Source: Alphaproteobacteria bacterium
GTDB taxonomy: Bacteria; Pseudomonadota; Alphaproteobacteria; SP197
NCBI GenBank assembly: GCA_965207785.1
Contig: CBDBNO010000011.1
Location: 140,664-204,663 of the forward strand
Direction: 5' to 3'
DNA: 64,000 bases
The position numbers were made by a program, and so were the translations under genes. Below the pieces are notes generated by a model. It saw nothing but the letters and a program-made list of their open reading frames with translations. It had not been told where the DNA came from and ran no database searches. Positions 1 to 9,700 of the stretch are shown here, piece by piece; within the stretch, counting starts at the first letter, position 1; every line of letters starts with the position of its first letter.

Positions 1-253
1 CCTGGGCGTAGTTTCCGGTGCCACCGCCGCGCGGGGTGACCGGAATGTCCAGTTCCCAGCATGCGGCCAGGACCCGCAGCAGTTCCTCCTCGTTGCGCGG
101 CGAGACGACGGCCTCTGCCGTGACGTCCTTGAGCTTCTCCTTGAGGACCGGCGAATACCAGAACGAATCGCGGCTCTTCCCGCGGACCACATTCGCACGC
201 GTGGTGATCGCGATATCGTCGATTCTTTCCGTGAGCGCCTCGATGCGGCTCAT
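1..253 (-). CDS. FAD-linked oxidase (FAD_binding_4 / PCMH-type), N-terminal part only; gene runs off the window start
   Basis: Minus-strand ATG at 253..251 gives MSRIEALTERIDDIAITTRANVVRGKSRDSFWYSPVLKEKLKDVTAEAVVSPRNEEELLRVLAACWELDIPVTPRGGGTGNYAQ. VVSP...PRGGGTG is the FAD-binding oxidase N-terminal motif. ATGA overlap with the stop of the upstream gene. Confidence 0.6.
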   Translation of the reverse strand, partial: MSRIEALTERIDDIAITTRANVVRGKSRDSFWYSPVLKEKLKDVTAEAVVSPRNEEELLRVLAACWELDIPVTPRGGGTGNYAQ

Positions 254-1581
254 ATCCGCATTCCTTTCATGTCGTCCAGGTGTTGATAGTCAGGCGGGGT
301 CGTATCGATCGGGCATCCGCCGCGCAGGACGATTCGATCCGATAGCGGACGGGAAACGAACTCGCCCCAGTTGCGCGCCGTGAAGACGATGAGATCGGCC
401 GGCGCGCCTGCCTCCAGCCTGCCGCGATCGGACAGACCCATGAGGTCTGCCGCGGTCGTCGTCACGGCCATTGCCCAGTCGCCGAGCGGATGATCGAGCT
501 GCATCATGCGTACGGCGTCACGAAAGAGTTCCGGGACATCGTGATCGCCGTAGGCGTAGAACGCGTCGCGCACGTTGTCCGACGCGATGGCCACCGGAAT
601 GCCGTGCTTGCGCATTTCGTGCACCGGAGCACAGCCTCGATAGCGCGGCGTTTCGCCGGCCCGGCGATCCATGAGATAGGCATTGCAAAGCGGCAGCGAG
701 ACGACGCCGATACCAGCCTTTGCCACCCGCTCAAGCGTGCGCTCGAGCGTCTCTGGCGGCTGCACCGACAGGGCACAGCAATGCCCGACCAGCACCGGTC
801 GATCGAAGCGATTGCGCAACACCGCTCGGGCGATGGCGTCGAGGCCCCTGGAATCCGGGTCGAGAACCTCGTCGGCATGCAAGTCGAGCTCCAGGCCGTA
901 ACGCCCGGCCATTGCCATGACGTCGTCGAGCGCGCGATCGAATTCCAAGTTCGCGGGCATGAAGACGCTCAGAATGCCGGCATGATCGTGGCGCGCCCGT
1001 TCCGCCACGTCGCGGATCCAGTCAGGGTCCTCGTCTATGCTCACAAAGGGGCAGACCTGGAGCGCAATCCGATCGCGCCAGTCATCGGCCAGTTCACAGA
1101 GGGTGGCAAAGGCCTCACCGAACGAGGAACGGCCGGAATCCACATGGCTGCGGATTGCCGTGGTGCCGTGGGCAAAGGCCGTGTTGAGCGCGAAGTCGGC
1201 CCTTTGCCGGATATCGTCTGCGCAGTGATAGGCGGCCGCATCCCGACTGGCGCTGGTCGAGGCGCCGTCGAACGTGCCGTCCGCATTCGGCGAACGCTGC
1301 CACACCAGCGCCTTGTCCAGGTGGGTGTGGCAATCGACCGGCCCCGGCCAGGCCATGGCCCTGGCCATGTCGAGGCCGTCCGGCAGGTCGTCGCGGCTGG
1401 CCGGCGGACCAAGCCAGTCAATGCGCCCTTCGGCAATCACCATGTCGGCACCCAGCAGGCCGTCGCCGACCTGCGGCAGGCCGGCCTTCGGTACCGTTCC
1501 CTGGGGGAGGCGCAGGTTGCGCAGGGCCAGGGGCTCGCCTGCCTGCGCCGACAACAACTGCCGTGGGGTGTCCTGTTTCAT
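250..1581 (-). CDS. cytosine deaminase-like metal-dependent amidohydrolase
   Basis: 443-aa ORF with HTHLD metal-binding motif, HADE and ASDN motifs, collinear with the CodA/AtzC family. Start overlaps the TauD stop (ATGA). Confidence 0.7.
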   Translation of the reverse strand: MKQDTPRQLLSAQAGEPLALRNLRLPQGTVPKAGLPQVGDGLLGADMVIAEGRIDWLGPPASRDDLPDGLDMARAMAWPGPVDCHTHLDKALVWQRSPNADGTFDGASTSASRDAAAYHCADDIRQRADFALNTAFAHGTTAIRSHVDSGRSSFGEAFATLCELADDWRDRIALQVCPFVSIDEDPDWIRDVAERARHDHAGILSVFMPANLEFDRALDDVMAMAGRYGLELDLHADEVLDPDSRGLDAIARAVLRNRFDRPVLVGHCCALSVQPPETLERTLERVAKAGIGVVSLPLCNAYLMDRRAGETPRYRGCAPVHEMRKHGIPVAIASDNVRDAFYAYGDHDVPELFRDAVRMMQLDHPLGDWAMAVTTTAADLMGLSDRGRLEAGAPADLIVFTARNWGEFVSRPLSDRIVLRGGCPIDTTPPDYQHLDDMKGMRI

Positions 1582-2465
1582 GGACGCGTCGCGGACAAGC
1601 CATCGGCATCACCGGCCGAGATGCAACAGCTCACCAGCGTTCGTGCCTGATCGTAGGGCCAGGGTGTGCCGCGGTGCAGAGTGGCGCGCTCATCCCAAAC
1701 CAGCACGTCTCCCGGACGCCAGTGATGGGCATAGATATGGCCCGGTCCGGTCATGCGCTCGATCAGATCGTCGATGAACGTCTGGCCCTCGTCGTCGTCC
1801 ATGCCGCTCGCCGCAAAGGCATGCGAAGCGACATAGACCGCCTCGGCGCCGGTCACCGGGTTGCGCCACACCGCGCGCCATTCGGTATCCGGCCACATGG
1901 TGAAGAGGTCCAGTTTGGCCAGGTCCGGATCGATGCGGGCCCGTGAGTGACTGTAGCGATGGCGAAATGTCATGCTGCGCAACCGCCGCTGCATGGCTGG
2001 CTCGAGCGCCCCGAACCCGGCCCTGGTTGAAACGAACTCAGTGGCACCGCCCTTCTGCGGCACGACTCGCGCCTGCAGCACGTTGGCCAATGCCGGCGTC
2101 GGCAGGAAGGTGCTGTCGGTGTGCCAAAGCATGTTGGCTTTCAAGCCGAGCAGGCGCAGGTCGTCCTCATCGTAGACGCCGCCATCCTCGGTCTCGTTGC
2201 TGACGCCGTAGGATATGTGCGGCTCGCCATCCATGCGCGTGTTGGAGCGGTCTTCGATGGGCCCGAACAGCCGGCCGAAGGCGAGGTGCTCAAGGTCGTC
2301 GAGGTGCTGTTCCGCGAACAGCAACAGCGAATGCCGCTCAAACAGGGCACGGATTGCCGGGTACATGCGATCCGCCGTGACATCGCGCAAATCGACATCG
2401 TGCACCTCTACGCCAAACTCGGGATGCAACGGTGTCGTCTTCAGTCGATCCGCCTTCCCGCTCAT
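1578..2465 (-). CDS. TauD/TfdA-family Fe(II)/2-oxoglutarate-dependent dioxygenase
   Basis: 295 aa. HTD (HxD) iron ligands, C-terminal LHRGT, family-typical length and layout. Confidence 0.75.
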   Translation of the reverse strand: MSGKADRLKTTPLHPEFGVEVHDVDLRDVTADRMYPAIRALFERHSLLLFAEQHLDDLEHLAFGRLFGPIEDRSNTRMDGEPHISYGVSNETEDGGVYDEDDLRLLGLKANMLWHTDSTFLPTPALANVLQARVVPQKGGATEFVSTRAGFGALEPAMQRRLRSMTFRHRYSHSRARIDPDLAKLDLFTMWPDTEWRAVWRNPVTGAEAVYVASHAFAASGMDDDEGQTFIDDLIERMTGPGHIYAHHWRPGDVLVWDERATLHRGTPWPYDQARTLVSCCISAGDADGLSATRP

Positions 2466-2876
2466 CGCTCGCCTCGCTCGTCAAGGGGAGGGTTTCTCGC
2501 GATTCTCCCCCTCGAGGTGCGCGCAACGAAAGCCGCCGCAAGGCACCTGCGCAGGCGCGCCCGGCTTGACGGCCTCGAGGGGCGTGAACATCGGGGAGAA
2601 CACCCGCACCGCCGATATGGGACCGTTGCGTGATCGCTGCCGGGTCGAGAATCGGGAAGGGAATAAGCGACCTGGGCCATGCGTCCCTCCGTGAAGACGG
2701 AACTGCGGCCCTGATATAACCCTATCGCCAGTGGGTGCCCCGAAAGATGGAACGACATCCAGAAGCTGTCAAGAGGTTGCCCAGGCGTTGAAAAAGAGAC
2801 GGGTCTTGGCCTTCATCGAGTCCGCTCAGGATCATCCTTTGCCGTACTCCGGTGCGGACCCCGGGTCAGGGGACAT

Positions 2877-4257
2877 TCAGATTTGAGCGACCGGGCGGCC
2901 GAGGGGAACAGCGGATTCCGGGAACCCGCAGGGCAGAAATTCGCCGCGTCCCGGCTCGGCCCGTATCTCGCCGTCCGCCCAGACCACTTCCCCGCGCGAC
3001 AGCGTGATGGCCGGCCATCCCGTGATGTTCATTCCCTCGTACGGCGTGTAGTCGACGTTGTGGTGCAGCAGGTCGTTGCTGATGGTCACCTCCCGCGAAT
3101 CATCCCAGATGACGATGTCGGCGTCGCAACCGACTGCGATCGTGCCCTTTTGCGGATAGAGCCCATAGAGCTTGGCGGGTGTCGTGGCTGTCAGTTCCAC
3201 GAATCGCTCGAGGCTGATGATGTTCTTGCCGACTCCCTCCGAGAAGAGGAGCGGCATGCGGGTCTCGACGCCCGGCACACCGTTCGGGATCCAGCGAAAC
3301 GAGGCGTCTTCGCCGCGCATCTTCTTTCCGCCGGGACCCTCGAAACGGGTCGGGGCATGATCGGAAGAAAACACGTCGAAGGTTCCGTTGCGAAGCCCAT
3401 CCCAGATCACCTGCTGGTTGGCCTTGTCCCGGGGCGGCGGGCTGCAGACGCACTTGGCGCCTTCGAAGCCGGGCTTGTCGAGGTCATCCTCGGTAAGGAA
3501 CAGGTACTGCGGACAGGTTTCCGCAAACAGCTTGAGACCGCGGGCACGGGCCCTGTGGATTTCGTCCACCACGTCACGAGCGGAAACGTGCACCAGCAGT
3601 ATCGGCACATCCAGGAGCTCGGCCAGGGTGATGGCCCGGTGCGTGCCTTCGCGCTCGACGGGCCGCGGACGGGAATGGGCATGGTACTTCGGCGCGATCT
3701 TGCCCGACTGCTCCAGCCGATCGGTCAGCCAGCTGATGCAGTCGCCATTCTCGGCATGCACCATCACGAAAGCCCGTTCGCGGCGCGCCAGCGCCAGCAC
3801 GTCCAGGATCTCGCGGTCATTCAGCATGAGGCCGTCGTAGGTCATGTAGATCTTGAACGAGGTGTAGCCGTCTCGGATCAATCCCGGCATTTCCTGGCCC
3901 AGGACGTGCTCGTTGGGATCAACGACGATCATGTGAATCGCGTAGTCGGTCATCGCTCGGTTCTCGGCGCGTCCGCGGTACTCGTTCACGGCCTCCCTGA
4001 GACTCTGGCCCCTGAACTGCAGGGCAAAGGGAATCACCGTGGTCGTGCCGCCGGCAAGCGCCGAGCGCGTGCCGGTCAGAAAGTCGTCGGCGCAGACCGA
4101 TCCATCCCTGCTGGGCTGATCGATGTGACAGTGGCTGTCGATGCCACCGGGGGTCACCGTTCGCCCCTCGGCGTCGATCACATGATCGGCGCCTTCCAGT
4201 GAATCCGCCAGCGCCGCGATGCGGCCTTCGCGGATGCCGATGTCACACCTGACGACG
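2877..4257 (-). pseudogene. D-hydantoinase/dihydropyrimidinase, 3' body of a split gene; missing its first ~18 codons, which lie at 14708..14760
   Basis: Annotated ORF gives ...PGGIDSHCH...; cyclic-amidohydrolase fold (HxH, KIYM, DHAP motifs). In-frame upstream reading gives VVRCDIGIREGRIAALADSLEGADHVIDAEGRTV, preceded by TAG and no start codon. The first in-frame start is an internal GTG at ~4182. Confidence 0.75.
4241..4257. repeat. 17-bp direct repeat TGTCACACCTGACGACG, left junction (attL core) of the integrated element
   Basis: Exact copy at 14691..14707. Flanking bases differ on both sides. Lies inside hydantoinase codons AVVRCD on the minus strand. Confidence 0.65.
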
Positions 4258-4372
4258 CACCTTCGGTGCTAAACAACTGATACAACGTAACGTTTTTCTC
4301 TCTCATGTGCAACTGCGGGACGTTTCCGCCACGGATTCTCCCGCCTCTGCAACTCATGACGAGAGGGAATCG

Positions 4373-5497
4373 ATGGCCGCGACCAAACTCACCCAGGCGC
4401 GCTTGCACGCGCTCCGGCCCCGCAAGACCGTCCGCGATGTCCGCGACGCCGAACTCAGGGGATTCGGCGTCCGTCTCTATCCGTCAGGGCGCAAGTGCTT
4501 CTTCATCCACAGCCAACACGAGGGGAAGAGGGTCTGGAAGATCGTCGGCGATGCCGCGTGCCTGAGCGTGGAAGACGCCAGGACCAGGGCCCGCTCCATG
4601 CTGGCAGCCGGCCGGCACGGCACGTCGGCAGCATCGGATCACATCCTGTTCGAGGAGGCGGCCGAGGAAGTCTTCCGCCGCTACGCCAGGAACTGGAAGC
4701 CCGGGACGCTCAGGGTCAACCGGGGTTACTTCGCCAACCAGATTCTTCCCTGGTTCCGGGGACGGCCGATTGCGGCCATCACGGCTGTGGATGTCCGGGA
4801 GTGGTTCGCCTCTCTCCATGCCACGCCGGTGGCGGCCGACCGGTCCGCTCCGGTGCTGTCCGTCATCATGGCCCAGGCGGAGGCCTACGGATACCGTCCC
4901 GAGGGCTCCAACCCCTGCCAGGGCATCAGGCGCTACCGGCGCAAGGGCCGGGAGCGCTTTCTTTCGGACGAGGAAGTCCGCCGGCTCGGGAGGGCGCTGC
5001 GCCGTCACGAAGAGCAATCGGGGATGCATGTGGCGATCATCCGTCTTCTCCTGCTGACCGGGTGCCGCAGTGCTGAGATCGTGACGCTTCGCTGGAGGGA
5101 GTACAGGGACGGTCATCTCCATCTCGCGGACTCCAAGACGGGGCCGCGCATGGTCTGGCTGTCGTCTCCGGCACGGACGATCCTGGACCGGCAACCCCGG
5201 ACGTCGCCGTGGGTCTTTCCTTCGGCCCGGACCGGCAGGTCCGTCGCGGCGGACGCCGTCGGCAAGTTCTGGCGGCAGCTTCGTCTGGAGGCTGGCCTGC
5301 GCGATGTCAGGCTGCATGACCTGAGGCACACATACGCCAGCATTGCCGTCATGACGGGGGAGAACGTGCTCACCGTCGGCCGGCTTCTCGGCCACAACGA
5401 TCCCGGCACGACACTGAAGTACACGCACCTTGCCGACGACGCGGTCGCCACGGCGGCCGAGGCGATGGGGCCCCTTCTCGCGAATGCCGCGTCATGA
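4373..5497 (+). CDS. tyrosine recombinase/integrase, P4-like with N-terminal arm-binding (DUF4102-type) domain
   Basis: MAATKLTQARLHALRPRKTVRDVRDAELRGFGVRLYPSGRKCFFIH matches the DUF4102 N-terminus. Catalytic box LLLLTGCRSAEIVTLRW, HDLRHTYAS, LGHNDPGTTLKYTHL (R, H-x-x-R, Y all present). The annotated ORF starts at 4307, but ATG 4373 better fits the family N-terminus. Confidence 0.85.
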   Translation: MAATKLTQARLHALRPRKTVRDVRDAELRGFGVRLYPSGRKCFFIHSQHEGKRVWKIVGDAACLSVEDARTRARSMLAAGRHGTSAASDHILFEEAAEEVFRRYARNWKPGTLRVNRGYFANQILPWFRGRPIAAITAVDVREWFASLHATPVAADRSAPVLSVIMAQAEAYGYRPEGSNPCQGIRRYRRKGRERFLSDEEVRRLGRALRRHEEQSGMHVAIIRLLLLTGCRSAEIVTLRWREYRDGHLHLADSKTGPRMVWLSSPARTILDRQPRTSPWVFPSARTGRSVAADAVGKFWRQLRLEAGLRDVRLHDLRHTYASIAVMTGENVLTVGRLLGHNDPGTTLKYTHLADDAVATAAEAMGPLLANAAS

Positions 5498-6645
5498 ACC
5501 GCCGGACAAGACTGACCGATGCCGTGATCCGGCGTCTCAAGCCCGGTTCTCGGGAATACACGGTCCGCGATACCGTGGTGCCCTCGCTGGGAGTGCGCGT
5601 GCATCCCTCCGGCGGCCGCGCCTATGTCCACGTCGCCGCGGGGCGGAAGGCATCGCTGGGTTTCGTGGCGCTCCGCACGGTCGAGGAGGCCCGTCGGGAG
5701 AGCCGTGCGCTGCTGGCGGATGGCATGCCAAAGAGGACGGCGGCGGCGCTCTTCCGGGACTTCGTCGCCGGTCCGTGGCGCCAGTCCTGGGTCCACCGGT
5801 GCAAGCCGTCGACGATCAGGTGGCGCGACGGACATCTCGACAAACGCCTTCTGCCGGCATTCGGCCACCTGCGCCTCGACCGCATGTCGCCGGCCGCGGT
5901 GACGAGATGGTTCGACGATTACAGCAGGACCGCTCCGGCCAACGCCAACCACTGCCTCTCGACCCTGCGCCACATCTTCAATCATGCGCTCGCCTGCGGG
6001 CATGTCGCCGCGAACCCCGTCCGCGGCGTCAGGCCCAACCCGCGCCGGAAGATCACCCGCTTCCTCTCCCGGGAGGAACTCGAGCGGCTGCACCGCGTTC
6101 TCGATCGCCATGCCGGCGTCGCAGCCATCAGACCGTCGCACCGCGACCAGATCGACATCATCAGGCTTCTTCTCCTGACAGGCTGCCGCAGGAACGAGAT
6201 CGTCCGCCTTCGCCGGGACGAGGTGGCCGGAACCCGTCTCCGGTTGCGCGACAGCAAGACCGGCCCCAGAACGGTGTTCCTGAACGCCGAAGCCCGGTCC
6301 ATCCTCGAACCAAGGCTGAAGGGCAGCCGGGAGTATCTGTTCACGTCGCCAAAGGATGCCGGACGGCCGCTCAATGAGAGGCTCCCGGTCTGGTACGCCG
6401 TCCGCAAGGAGGCAGGGCTTGAAGACGTCCGCCTCCACGATCTCAGACACACATATGCCAGTCATGCGGTCATGCAGGGAACGCCGCTTCCCGTCGTGGC
6501 GAGGCTCCTTGGTCACAGCAGGACGGCCATGACGCTGCGCTACGCCCACACCGGAGATGCCGAGACCGCGGCCGCCGCCGAGCGGATCGGCCGCGTCATC
6601 GCCGGACTCTGCGGATGCGCCGGCGACTCCGGCGCACCCGCCTGA
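5494..6645 (+). CDS. second tyrosine recombinase/integrase, paralog of the upstream gene, translationally coupled
   Basis: ATG overlaps the int1 TGA (ATGA at 5494-5497). LLLLTGCRRNEIVRLRR, HDLRHTYASHAVM, LGHSRTAMTLRYAHT; same domain layout as int1. Confidence 0.85.
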   Translation: MNRRTRLTDAVIRRLKPGSREYTVRDTVVPSLGVRVHPSGGRAYVHVAAGRKASLGFVALRTVEEARRESRALLADGMPKRTAAALFRDFVAGPWRQSWVHRCKPSTIRWRDGHLDKRLLPAFGHLRLDRMSPAAVTRWFDDYSRTAPANANHCLSTLRHIFNHALACGHVAANPVRGVRPNPRRKITRFLSREELERLHRVLDRHAGVAAIRPSHRDQIDIIRLLLLTGCRRNEIVRLRRDEVAGTRLRLRDSKTGPRTVFLNAEARSILEPRLKGSREYLFTSPKDAGRPLNERLPVWYAVRKEAGLEDVRLHDLRHTYASHAVMQGTPLPVVARLLGHSRTAMTLRYAHTGDAETAAAAERIGRVIAGLCGCAGDSGAPA

Positions 6646-6646
6646 C

Positions 6647-6664
6647 CCCGGGGCGCAGGCCCCG
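6647..6664. terminator. GC-rich hairpin CCGGGGC-gcag-GCCCCGG between convergent int2 and the adhesin gene
   Basis: 7-bp perfect inverted repeat with a 4-nt loop in the 67-bp convergent intergenic gap. No U-tract, as is common in high-GC genomes. Confidence 0.3.
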
Positions 6665-6712
6665 GGGCCGCGCGGGACCGTCCGCATCCATGACGCGGCG
6701 ATCACCGCCGCC

Positions 6713-9700
6713 TCACCAGCGGATGGCGAGATCGACCCCGATGCCGTGCTCCGCCCTGGCCGTGCCGCTCTCCCGGCGCGTCACCTTCACCCCAAACGAC
6801 AGGTCGGGCGCGCTCGCGCCCTCCGGCGTCAAGCGCCAGCCGAGGCTCCAGTCGCGCACGCCCGTGGCGAGCCCGAGGCCCGCATGCGGGCTGCCGGTCC
6901 AGCGCCCGCCGAAGGCCGGCAGGCCGTACGCCGCCTCCACCGCCCAGCGGGAGGTCGCCTCGCTGCCGGTGCGGTCCTCCAGCGTCTGCGGCTGGAACAG
7001 CGCGTCGAGACCGCCGGTGGCCCGGCCGCCGAAGTCATGGCGCAGGCTGAGCGACGCGCCCCGCTTCGTCGCCGGGGCCGGGTCGTATGCCAGCGCCGCC
7101 GCGAAGCCGCGGTCCTTCAGGTCGTCGTTGCCATGTGCGATGAGCGTACGGCCCGACAGGTCGAGCATGAGGCCCATGCCCGGATCGCTCCACCTGACGC
7201 CGCCGCCGGTCTCCACCCCGAAGCCGGTCTCCGCATCGCCGCCGTCATGGCGCGCGCCAAGCTCCAGCTTCGGCACGAGCGTGCCGCCGCCGTCGAGCGC
7301 GACATGGTAGCGGCCCTCAAGGCCGACCCGGAGCCGCGTCGCGTCGGAGTCCGACGCCGCGAGCCGGGCCGTCTTCTCCGAGGAGGTCCGCGTCCACAAG
7401 GCGTCCGAGGTCACCGCCAGCGCCGGGCCGGAGCCTTCCTGCGGGGCTTGGAGCAGGTCGCCCCGCAGCCCCGCCGCCGCCATGCTCCAGCTCGTGTCCG
7501 CGCTGTAGCGGCCGCCCAGTTCGGTCTTCAGCGTCACCTCGCCGGTGCCGTAGCCGGCCGCGCCCCAGAGCTTCAACCGCTCCGATGCCTGGAAGGCCGC
7601 ATAGGGGACCGCCGCCGTCAGCGACGCCTCCACCGTGCCGTCGCCCTCCCGCACCGCGCCCCGGCACAGCTCGGCCGCCTCGGCCGGGCAGTCCTGCGAG
7701 GCGGCGCGGGCCGCGATGTCCGTGTCGCGGTAGTCGCCCTCGCCGTCGCTCTGCGCCAGCGCAAGGCCGACCAGCCACCTGCCCCGGGCATAGTCCGCCC
7801 CCAGCATGCCGGTGGTGACCGTGCCGTCGAGCGAGAAGGTGCCCTCAGCACCATCGAAGCGCGCTTGCGCCGCCCGGCCCCAGAACGCCATGCTGCCGCC
7901 CGAGGAGTCCTTCTCGCCCGTCAGCGAGAAGCTGGAGCCCAGCAGCGCGTCGCGCGCCGTCATGGTGCGCGACTGCGCCGGGGTTTGACCGAAGCCGATC
8001 CCGCCTGTCCCGGAGACCGATCCGGGGCCGCCCGCGCTGCCGCCGAAGCCGCGCGCGATCTCCGCCATGGCCAGCGCCGCCTCGCCGTCGGGAGACCCCG
8101 CGGACCCGAGGTCCGGCCCGCCGCTGCCGGAAGGCGCCGGGTTGAGGTTGACCGCCTGTCCGGCGATCGCGCCCTGCATGCCGGGCGTGCGCGGCGCGGA
8201 CATCCGCCCCGCGATCCCGTCCAGCGCCTGCTCCGCCACCGTGCGACCGAACCGCGCCAGCCACGCCGCCGGCATCGGGTCGTCGTTGACGATGGTGCCC
8301 ACCGCAACCCCGTCGCCGATAACCGCACCCCGCGCCTTCGACAGCACCACCTCGAAGGTCTCCGCCCCCTCGTCATGGCTGTCGTCGTAGATCCGGATCC
8401 ACACCACCTTCTCCGTCTCCCCCGCCTGGAACGTCAGGTCGGAGCTGCCCGGCGCGTAGTCCCGGCCCGGCTCCGCCGACACCGGCGTCGACGGCCGCGT
8501 CGAGACATACACCCGCACCGGCGCGGGCGCCGGCGACGACAGACTCACCGTGAACGGCATCACCGGCAGGCGGCCGCCCTCCTTCGCCGTCGAGTCGCCC
8601 ACCGACAGCGCAGGCACCGTCGAAGGCACGTCGTCGTCCTTCACCTCGACCGACGCCGAGGCCGGATCGCCCACCGTGTAGCCCGCGCCGGCCTCGACCG
8701 TCACCACCGCCGCGCCGTCCGGCTCGTCGGCGTCGTCGTTCACCGTGGCGACGATGAACGACGCCTCCGTCGCGTCATTCGGGATCGTCACCGTGGCCGG
8801 ACCCTCGTCCGCCGCCGCCACGTGGTCGCCGTCCCCGGTCTCGGAGACCGCGAGCGTCACCGTCAGGTCGGCGTCCGGCGCGCGGTCGGCGGTGAGCGTG
8901 AACACCGCATCGCCGCCCTCGCTCACCGAGGCCGCCTTCGCCGCGATCGTCACCACGGGCGGCGGCAGGTCGTCGTCGCGCACCGCGACCGTGGCGTAAG
9001 CCGAAGCGCCGACCGTGTAGCCGCTGCCGTCCGTCACCGTCGCCGTGACCGAGCCGTCCGGCTCGTCCGCGGCGTCGTCGGTCGTCGCCAGGGTCAGCGT
9101 CGCGCTGCCGGTCGTGGGGATGGTGACCGTCTGCGTCCCGGCGGTCACGCCCCAGTCGCCGTCGGCCGCCACGCTCACGCTGACCGCCAGGTCCGCCGCC
9201 GGGGCGGGGGTCGCCGTCAGCGTGAACACCGCATCGCCGCCCTCCGTCACCGAGGCCGCCTTCGCCGCGACGGTCACCTCGGGCAGGGCCGCGTCGTCGT
9301 CACGCACCGCCACGGTGCCCGACGCCGGGTCGCCCGCCGTCCAGCCGCTGCCGTCCGCCACCGTCACGGTGACCGAGCCGTCGGGCTCGTCCGCGGCGTC
9401 GTCGGTCGTCGCCAGGGTCAGCGTCGCGCTGCCGGACGTGGGGATGGTGACGGTCCGGCTGCCGGCGGTCACGCCCCAGTCGCCGTCGGCCGCCACCGTC
9501 ACGCTGACCGCCAGGTCCGCCGCCGGGGCCGGGGTCGCCGTCAGGGTGAACACCGCGTCGCCGCCCTCGGTCACCGCGCTTCCCGCCGAGACCGCGATCT
9601 CCGGCGGGGTCAGGGGCGGCGTGTCGGGCGGCGTGTCGGGCGCCGCCGCCAGCTTCTCCAGCGCCTCGACGATCCGCGGCCACAGCGGGCTACTGTATTT

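Noticed and set aside
4178-4408. 76-aa minus ORF read through the left junction
   Set aside because: It is a chance frame spanning the att core and the int1 upstream region. The adjacent +1 frame is the one that carries the hydantoinase N-terminal homology.
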